A stretch of 64,000 nt of DNA from Azolla caroliniana. Lineage: Eukaryota; Plantae; Polypodiophyta. The stretch covers positions 16,182,001 to 16,246,000 of the forward strand of contig JBHGNT010000011.1 in NCBI GenBank assembly GCA_043228905.1, in the 5' to 3' direction. Below the pieces are notes generated by a model that was not told the origin of the DNA, did no database searches, and saw only the letters and a program-made list of their open reading frames with translations. The position numbers were made by a program, and so were the translations under genes. Of this stretch, positions 12,440 through 22,400 are shown piece by piece; the stretch's first letter is position 1, and every line of letters starts with the position of its first letter.

Positions 12440-12639
12440 TCAAGCTTCAATTATTGCTCCACATTTACACAACCAATCTCCGTTGAGCCATGCTCAACAT
12501 ATCTTGTAATAGATGCATTCCACAAGAGAATATCTTTGTTTGCAAGAATATCAAATACATCTTGTGTATCTACATCTCGAACTGAAATATCATCGACTGT
12601 TTTTTGTGCTTTTTCAAGCTTGCCACATATAGCATACAT
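12440..12639 (-). pseudogene. Degenerate PPR fragment
   Basis: MYAICGKLEKAQKTVDDISVRDV...QDVFDILANKDILLWNASITRYVEHG are PLS-PPR S/P motif remnants with an internal deletion and a stop. Confidence 0.8.
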
Positions 12640-13699
12640 GTCATTTTAGAGTGGGAAATAACGAATGCATAGAAAAATATTCAACATGAAGAACATGATG
12701 GAGAAGACAAATAATTATATTATAGGACAATGTTGAAACATGATTATAAGTAGGGTTTTGCACTAAGGGAGTTATAGCTCATGTGCTCATAAGTGGGGAA
12801 ACACAAATACTAGTCAATTGTGTTGAAAAGATATGTGCCACTCTATATGTAAGGTTCCCTTTAATATGTATTACATTATTAAGCCTAATGTTTGACCATC
12901 TACCACATTAAATGCATCAATCTCTTTGTGGGCCAAACTTGATAGGGTAGCTCGAGTTGTTCTTCCTAACACATACCGAGTTAACAGGTGGAGCATGTCA
13001 AGAAATGGGCCTTAGATAGTAGGGGAGTAACCTAGTAGATTAACTTAGTAAAGCGCGAGTGCAACATGTACTTCACTCTAGTGTTGAGAATCGAGATGCT
13101 CTCAAAATTAACATGGACATGAATAACAAAACACGCAATTGATAATTAATACAATCAAGCAAGGGATATCTGAAGACAAAGTGAAGTATAATAATAACAC
13201 TATCCTTGACTTTTTAGGATGTTACGAAATGTATACATATATAGAGGTTATGGCTAGCTTAGGGTGGCACATAATTATTGCTTGTCTAATGTCTTTTCCC
13301 TACTTTGTTCCACATGGCTAATGGATGAACCTTGCATTACAAGACTACCACCTAAAGGTGGGAGACTACTATTTTGATTCTAGATGTACTCATATGCTTT
13401 TATATATTTATAGTGACCCACTTATTGTACAATACATGTGCCTTGTTGAATTGCTAATGTCTCAAGCAAAATAAACCGACTCAAGATGGGACACCGTGAG
13501 GTGAGAGGTTGAGTAAACTTCCCAACACTAATGCGAGATAACAATTTGACGACCAAAAGGAAGGTTGGAGATGTTGAAATAAAACATACGTGTACACAAT
13601 CATGCAAGAAGGGTGTGATGTATCAAATTGTCAAATATACGCTCATGGAATCGAAACTACAAGAAGGTTATGGACTTTGACTCGGAAATAATTTGATCA

Positions 13700-14050
13700 G
13701 AATCATCATTACGCAGGGCTAAGGGAATGGTTGGATTCAACATCAAAATTGGCAAAGATACATGAAGTTTATAATAAATTTTGACATGAAGATTGGCCTA
13801 AGTATATGAAGCATAAGGTTAGATTCAACATCAAGTTTGGCAAAGGGACAACTTCTTGCATATGTTGTAGCATTTCCAAAGTTTAATATTTCTTGGGATT
13901 GGAATATTTTCTGAGAGTGGTACGTAGTCTGGTGCGTCTTTATGATTGCCACAAGCAATGTAAAAGGCAACATGTTATGTAGATGCAAAGTAGTGTGGCT
14001 AACAAAACGTCCTTACTAAAATCAAAATGTTGATTGAGGGGGAGTGGATG
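13700..14050 (+). mobile_element. Highly decayed copia RNase H end plus polypurine tract
   Basis: A remnant resembling VADxLTK (GTGGCTAAC...GTCCTTACTAAA) is followed by TTGAGGGGGAGTG, a copia-type PPT. Confidence 0.35.
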
Positions 14051-15858
14051 CCAGTACCCTCTTGCAACCAAAGCTATAATGATATATGGACTTAATCTAA
14101 TATGTTCCATGGGAAACCAAAAGTACTTCAACAACACATTTTCAGTTCACCTTCTCATAAGCCGAGTTGTTAAGACTTCCAAGTATTGTGTTGCATTTGT
14201 ATATGTTTCGTTAGGAGCACGCAAGCATACAAAATTCGGTAAATCTATGGCTATACACAATTCATTGGCTTAGTAATTTTATTTTTTCTTGACTTACATT
14301 GGTATGCATTTTGGTATCCTCTTGCATGGAGTGTGTCAATTAGAGATCAAGGAGGTTATGTGCTAGAGAAGATCCAATGTAAACTTCAAGATTTTAATAG
14401 AAACATGGAACATCCATGCACTACTGAGGGTGGTTCAATCAATTCAAACTAAAATCTACATGACAAAATCTTCTATCTTGATTGCATAGCCAAATAAGTT
14501 GGATAATTTTATGCTAGACATAATTGTGGCAACTCCAAAAATACCAAAGGATTTTAACTTTTGTTAAATAGTCATGTTAATGTGTTAGCCTCAAATGCTA
14601 TTATGCTGAATGGTTCCATGCAACAATCCAATCATATACATTGCAACTTTGGGTATTTGCCCTAAAATGGACAATTAGTTAGATATTAGACAATCTCATT
14701 CTTTGATATAAGGGTTTTTGGTCAAGAAGAGGCCCAGAAAAAGAATGATTAAGCATGATTAAAGCTGGCAAGTTAGGATGGAAATCTTTAGGTACTTTGG
14801 ATTTTAATTTTTAACGCATCATTATACATCTCATAAGGCATATCTTACATAATGTTATTCTTGCAATATATCAACCATCATTTGTAGTTATCATTGTCTC
14901 CAATTTTTCGGTTTCATAAGTTGGTTTGGCTTTTTCTTGTCCTACAAATAGATCGGTGTCCAACAAATAGACATGCAACCATTTACAATTTCTTTAGCAT
15001 AGGTAAGAGGCTAGACCTAGCCTAAGGGCCATTCCACATGCACACATAATTATGTTATCCTATCTTGGTTCTCAATTGCACTCCATTAACAACCATTTAA
15101 TATATGTATGTATGTATATGGATATATATTGGTAGATTGATCATTAAAGAATGCACAAGCTAAATGTTGCTAGAGTGATGTTAAATAATGCATAATCCAA
15201 TCAAAATGTTAAAAGAAAATGATGGTATATTTAGATTTTATGTGAAGTGTAGCTAACACGACTTGGCCTTGTACCTTAGGAGGGGGAATCATTAAGTGCT
15301 TTTTCTCTAACCTAGTGTGTATGGGATTTCATAAGGATGAGTGTTAATGATATCCACAATGTGAAAGGAAGGGATGGATAACAATTTGCGTCCCAATAGA
15401 ATTAGCTTGGTTATGTACATACATATATGCTTTTTTGTTTTGTGTGTGTTTTTTTTTCTCTCTCTAAATCTACAACATTATCCATTGGGAGGACGAAAGG
15501 CAAAAGAAGAAGAATCAAAAGAAAAAAGCTAGTTTTACGTGGCAATCCGTCCATTAATTAGTTAGGATTTTTTTTTTTTAAAACAACTAAGAAAAAGAGG
15601 GGGGGGGAAAAAGCAAACCTTACCAAACTAGGGCCAAAGTATATACAAAAAGAGGAATTGAGCTTAAATAACGAAACGTTTTCTTGTTATGTTTTTATTC
15701 TTTTCTTCTATTTTTCTGCGTTTTTTTGTTTACTTGTTTTTACATTATTCTCAAGAGGCAGGACGGAAAATCGATTGTAAAAAAAAAAAAGCAAGCAAAA
15801 GAAAGCATGTACTACCATATACATACATGATAAGTAGATAAAAAGGCGATGTAGTTAG

Positions 15859-15866
15859 TATAAAAA
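15859..15866 (+). promoter_or_regulatory. Candidate TATA box of the B3 gene
   Basis: TATAAAAA lies 83 bp upstream of ATG 15942 and is followed by an (AT)n tract. Confidence 0.45.
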
Positions 15867-15941
15867 GCTCATCAATATATATATATATATATATATAAAT
15901 CCATTGATTTTCCTAGGAAGAGCGAGGTACATAGAGAGGAC

Positions 15942-16763
15942 ATGCCAGATATCATGTCTATTCTTCAGAAGAAGACGTTGAATTTGTTTCCTATGGTGCC
16001 CGAATGTTTGGCCGGTCACGGATCACCCCTGAAAGATGACCACAAGAATCGCGACGGTAAAGTGGACGATGACATTAATAATAAGCTAACCCTCCGTATT
16101 CCTAATTCTGCACATGCTTCAGGAAATCCTAATCCTAATCTTAATCCTAATACTAATACTCATACTAATACTAATGCCCATAATAATACTAATATTAATA
16201 TGGACTCCAATTCTAGTGCAAGAACTAATGATCGTGATCATGATAATGATGTTGTTGTGATCATGAGGCCAGCCTGGCAGAATCCCTACTCTAATGCTGG
16301 ATTCAATAGTATTAACAAGGCATTCAAGGTGGAACCTTATGTTCATCCAAATCATGTAAATCTTCATCGTCATCATCAGATGAATGGGCGGCAGCATGCC
16401 AGACTCATGAATGGGCATGCCAGTGATGAGTCAGACCAGCAGCAGCTCATCCCTAAATTACTAGTCACAAATGGCATCAAGAATGATCAATATGTGGTAA
16501 GGCTGGACATTAACGCTAATCAAGCTCAGCAATTGGTTCATGGCGGCAACCCACCACGATCCTTGTCTGGCGCGAAGGCCGCGGGGAGGAGTTCTTCGAA
16601 CGAAGATATTGCGACGATGAAGCGGACGGAAAGCAGAGATATGGGGAGGGGGGGCAGCGCGGACATGAGTAGGGTTCAATATGCGCCATGGCCTGGTAAT
16701 TACGTCCACCATTCAACAGGAGGCCATCAGCATATAGTTATGAACATAGATAGGAATATGGGG

Positions 16764-16807
<44 letters not shown>

Positions 16808-17372
16808 AGGTATGCCTGGGCAAGGTTCAGAAGTGACGGTGCAGGTCCGGAGGAAAGTGCTGCGGCCGGTGTTCAGGAAGAGGCTGACGGAGAGCGACGT
16901 GTCGGGGCGGCAGGACCGGCTGCTGATGAGGAAGGACAGCCGCGGCTGCCTGGGCAAGCACAACCTGCCGTCGAGGTACCAGCAGAACATCCCGGTGGTC
17001 ATGTGGGACGAGGGCGAGCCTTGGCGGGCATGGCGCTTCATCCATGGCCTCTGGCTCTCCAACGGCTCCTACGTCCTCAAGGGCCGCTGGAGCAAGTTCC
17101 GCGACCACAAGTCCCTCCGCACAGGCGACACCATCACCATCTCCATGGATGCCACTGACAACCGCACGCTCTGGATCCGCCACGACCCTGCACCTGCCGC
17201 CTCCTTACTCATCACTTCTAACCCTAAATCCACCGCCATCGCCGCCGCCAAGTTCCACGTCGGTGCTGCAACGATTGCCTCCAAGATCCCTGCTGCCACT
17301 CATGGAATGGCAGCAGAAGGGGCACTACTAGGCGTCCATGATGGTGAGGAGGAGGAAGGCCCTCCTCTCTGA
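15942..17372 (+). CDS. Intronless B3 DNA-binding domain protein (atypical RAV/ABI3-like), 476 aa
   Basis: C-terminal domain VFRKRLTESDVSGRQDRLLM...MWDE...WRFIHGLWLSNGSYVLKGRWSKFRDHKSLRTGDTITI matches the B3 consensus (FxKxLTxSDV...RLxxP...WxFxxxxW...YVL.GWxxF...L..GD.v.f). The N-terminus is low-complexity N/H-rich with an (MG)n tract. Confidence 0.88.
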
Positions 17373-18830
17373 TCAATCCTCATCCTCCTCCTCATCCTCA
17401 TCATCATATTTGCAGCTCTGTGCACTTCTTGATGATGCAACCTCATTCATGTTCATGAATGGAAAGACTACTGTATATCTGTCTAATGGCAGTCTGTCTC
17501 ATGATCATATTCTGTAGGTCATACCAAATTATGCTTCATTTTCTGTTTACATCAACATACATACATATAGACTATAGTATATACATAAGAGGAATCTGGT
17601 ATTTAATTTTATATCACAAAATACCTATTGTTTTTTAATTTTAGGAAATTTCTGAAAATACCCCCCCTGTGTTCTTTTCCTTACCCCTTTTGGGCTAATA
17701 TATATGTACATATTGGTCTCTCACCCACAATGGGAGTACCAATTTTGAAGTACCAATTTGAGATGTTTGAAATGCAAAAAAGTCTTGGTTCTCCATTTGT
17801 ATGGCACAATGCAATATTCCAAATACCATATCAATAATATTATGTCCTTAGGATACCATAATATACATGTCTAGGATATCATAATTGTATAGTACACCTA
17901 CAAAGATAGTGTTCCCCCTAGCTCAATCTCCCTCACTCATAGTTGGATAAAGTTGATATAGTAGTGTACCATGAGGAGTTAGGAGGTACTAAACCCTTTC
18001 CTCTGAGTGTTTTCAACTTTAATACTTGGCAAGATTATTCTTTGGAATTAAGGGTGATGATTATTAATGTTCTACTAAGAGCCCTTGGTTGAACTTCCAA
18101 ACACTTCATGGCCAATAGTGGTTGTACACAAACAAGGGTTTACACCTTTAATAGAATTAAGTCCTACAAATGGTGTGAGACAAAAGAATCTTTGACCCGT
18201 TGGTGGCCTTGACAACGTGGAGCATTAAATATGTTTTTCATACTATATATCCACCTATGTACTGTTGGGTCTAGTGACAATACGTATGGCACTCAACTCT
18301 CTCCCATACATTGGTCGTGGTAGATTGTTGGGAGTTTCATGATTAAGTCTTCCATAAAAATCAATATGTATAGTCGGGCTATAAGGAAGGATTTACAACA
18401 TCTAGGGCCCCATTAATTAACTTGTTCATCAATTCATAATTCGAGTTGTGAGGTTCGCATACGTCCATCTATGAGGTGCATATGGTGGCCAGCACTAGGG
18501 ATCACTCTTAAAATATTTTTGTGTGGTCACTCGTGTTTTTCGTGGAAGGTAAGGATATAGGTAGTATTCAAAGCATGCAATGTTTCTTAGAACATGTTCG
18601 GGTCCTACGATCTTTTGTTAGGTATTAAAGACTACATATCCGGAGTCAATATTCTGACATTCTTCCTAGTGCCCAAATATGTATAGCCCACGCAATATAT
18701 ATTCTCTGGCATTCCAATGGCAAGCAAGGCTATGTGGCAATATAAAATCCAAACAAATATGTTTGGCAGATGATCATGTGAGCAAAACCGTCATATAGGC
18801 ATGCATGTGCTTCTTATACCTAGGGACCAT

Positions 18831-19036
18831 TAATGGATGATTTCCTGCACTTTATTATATTGTGGTATTATACGAGGATTAGGTCAACTTGTAATGGAAA
18901 TCCCTCTCAGTACATTGCTCCATTAAATATTTCAGTAATGGATGATTTCCTGTTGTGGTATGGTGGTATTATATGATGATCAGGTCAAGTTGTGATGGAA
19001 ATCCCTCTCAATACACTGCCCCACTAAAAATTTCAG
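18831..19036. repeat. Tandem duplication, 2 x ~105 bp
   Basis: TAATGGATGATTTCCTG...GGAAATCCCTCTCA...TTTCAG is repeated at 18831 and 18936. Confidence 0.85.
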
Positions 19037-19474
19037 CAAGTAACTAACAATGTTCATGTTCCGCAATGTGCAAGGCTGGAACGTCCAGCCATTTTGCCAC
19101 ATCTAATTAGTCACTGTGTCTTATTTCTTGATTAGTTTGGCAATTCATACAAAGTTGATTTTGTGGTTTCTTTTACGCTGAATCATCTATATACACTTCA
19201 AATCGACTTTCGATGTTGAGCTAATTTGGTAAAAAGAATTTTCCATAATTTGTTCAAATCCAAACCCTTAATAATAATACAAGTAAAATCTTTCAATTAA
19301 ATTTCTGCTAGTTGCCATTATATATGGATATATATATATATCTATCCCGCACAAAATCTCGAGCTTTCTAGTCGTAATTTTTTGCAATAATAATATTAAT
19401 CTTCTGCTGCGACTGGACATCATCTCTGATCGTCTTGTTACGTCCTATTCACTACACAGTTTGATATGGCTTCA

Positions 19475-22400
19475 TCATTGGCATGTTGCTTGAACTGCGA
19501 GGCTCTTGGATGTTCCAGGACATGGATCATCAGAAACCTGTTTTCTCAATGATTCTAGGTCTAAGGAGCACCTCTGCTTCCCAAGGCACGCCTGCAATAT
19601 TTCCCCAAATTCAGTCTAAATACTTCATATTTTAGCAACATCGTAAATATTAAACTCTGCTTTAAGAGTTTAATAGGGATGAATTTTAAGAATTTTAGCT
19701 TCGGGATTTAGATTTTACCTCTTTCACAAGTTGAAGGGATTGAGGGGCATGGCATTGACCCTTCCTGAAGAATTGGCATGATCCCTGAGGGTTGCCATAG
19801 CTAGCGAAATCGATGGATGAAATCTTCTGTTCGGGGCCACACTCAAGCCTCATTGTCATTATCGCAGAAGGCAGCTGGTTGAGATCTGATGTGGTGGCAC
19901 ATATCGTCCCAGGAACCCTAACTGCGAAAGAAATCTGGGAGGGATCACCACCAACTTCTTCCAGCAGCACTAGCGAGTTCCCAGAAGGTTCCAACCAAGA
20001 CCGTGGAATGTGATACCTGCACAACCAAAACCCTAAACTCTTTAAAGAAAATTGTGTTACTCTCTAAGTGGATTCATGTCTCTGTGTACAGGGATAGGGG
20101 CCAGAATTATAGCAAAATGTGGGGAAATCAAGTTAGGTCAAGAACATAGATAGAGATTGAGAGAGAGAACATGATTTATATATATATATATATATATATA
20201 TACCATCTCTGTGATGGTTGCCCACAATTCCGATTACACTTGGATGAGTCATATGGACCTTTGTAGCTGCAACCTCCATCTTCTTCGCGAGTATGGCAAC
20301 CAAGATTTGAAGAGAGCAAAGTCCAGTAGCGTCCGATTCCTTTCCCATTTACCCATGCCTGGCCCTTGCCCATACTCTTGAGGTCCACCGCGACAGGATT
20401 GCTTCCCGGCGGAGAATCGAAGGTAGTCTAGAAGTAGTAGTTAAGTAAGTACACACAACAAAAGTACCATGTTAGGCACCTACACACGATAATGTGGAAG
20501 TATATAGATACAAGGCTAGGTGCTTTTGGGCTTTATATTCTGATTATTATTACTACCTTGTACCAAATCAATGGCTGATACGCCGGTGCTGATTTCACGC
20601 CGGCAGAAGATTTCCAGATGGTAGTGTTTGCCTGCATCGTCGAGGAGTTGCCACCCATGGAGAAAAGCTCCAACTCTTCACCTTTGAGGCCAATCTGATT
20701 AAAACAAGGTGAGCAATTAATAGCATTCAAACGTGTGAGAGACATAGATGTAATTGCATGCTTGGATTTTAGCTTTCTAACATGCATCTCAGCTATGTTA
20801 TCCATATCATCCTAATTCCTACACATTAGTATAAGTTAAGAGTCATGCACCAGATAAGACATATTGAATATCAGAGCTCATTAGAATGGGCTCTCACTAA
20901 CCTGGTATGTCCAGTTCCCTGATGAAAGATCCACTATTTGACCTCCACCTCCTGGCTCCTCAATAATAATCGAAATAGGTCCATCGATTCCGGCGCCGGC
21001 CGTGTCGAAAAACGAGCCGTAGTTCTGTGTTATGAGGTTCACAAATCTCTTAGTATTTGCTTGACCAGGAATTGTATTAGCTTTTTAATGGTGCAGATCA
21101 GGTTCAAAACCATTTGTCCTGAGTAAATCTTTTTCATTTTACCTTCATGCCAACAGTTGTGCTCAAGAGAGCCAGCTGATTTTCTCCTTGTTTAAGGTAG
21201 AGAGGGAGTTGAATCTGGAAGTTAGGAAGGTCATAGCTTCCATGGATATGTCCTGTTAATATTGTCGACATGCCGATACATTATCAATGGGAGATTTGCA
21301 ATGGAGTCGTATAATGTTTTTTCAGTAATTGTTACGAAAGAAGGAAGCATCATTCATGCATTATTTTTTGTTTGAAAAAAGGAAAATGAAACAAATCATA
21401 AATTCATTACCTAAGAACTCCCCATTCAGAAACAATAGCATAGCATGGCCCAGTGACCTGATTGATAACAGACCTTTCAGGGTGCTGTTGCTGTTGCTGC
21501 TGATGTTTAGACTGCAAAGAATATAAAAAATAAAGCTCAAATTGCACATGAATTTTCAGAATTCCACAAAACTTCTCAATCTTTACATGACCCATCAAGG
21601 ATTTTTATTCAGATCATGATTTGAGCCCTGTTTTGACCTTACCTTTTGATGTACCACAAATAGTCAGTAGTATCTCGAGTCGTGTTAACTTGATCTTTGA
21701 ATCCCACTTGGGTAAATAACATGGCTGAAGTCCCTGCGTCTTCCCACGAACAAGGTGAGCTCTGACAATTAATGACAGGTTCTTTGTAATATTGCCAACA
21801 GAGCTGTGATGAGTGCTTCTTCTGTTGAAGCTGAAGCTGCAGATCCACCAATGGGACAGGTGCTCGCATGTCCATGACAGTCGTCTGGCGATGGACGGTC
21901 GCTGTATTGAAAATGACCCTCGTGCAGTCCTGCAATATACTAACAGACCACGGGGGGAGCCCATATGATTTACCGTGGAATTGCACTGTATTATTGCCAT
22001 GATAATTCTCCACAGCCTTGTTGGATAGGAAGGCACAGCATTCCTCTTTGGTTTGATACATGGTCACCTAGCACATTCATCAATAATTCAATCACATTTA
22101 ACTTGATGGTGCCAAAATAATATACCAAATGTCTTCTTCTTTGATTCACACACACCGGCATGCAATCATAAAACCTCGAGTCCTCTATATATATCACACA
22201 ATAGAATTTTTTATGTGACTCAATGCACATGCAGACAAAGATCGACAAATAACGATCGATTTTCTAGGTTGTGTAGAATAAAGTTAAAAAAACAATGTTA
22301 CCTCTCTTGATGGACCCAAAGGCATGGTCGTAGCTTCACCATAAAGGAGTGGTTTCTCACACATTCGAAGAGCTTCATGAAGGTCTGCTAAGTGGCCCCA

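Noticed and set aside
11495-12639. Idea that the stops in the mosaic are repaired by U-to-C RNA editing, as in fern organelles
   Set aside because: The locus is nuclear and also carries frameshifting deletions and active-site substitutions. Ordinary mutational decay explains the stops.
17900-18800. Possible Gypsy integrase traces (WALDVVNP-like) on the minus strand
   Set aside because: Too degenerate to support a call by eye.
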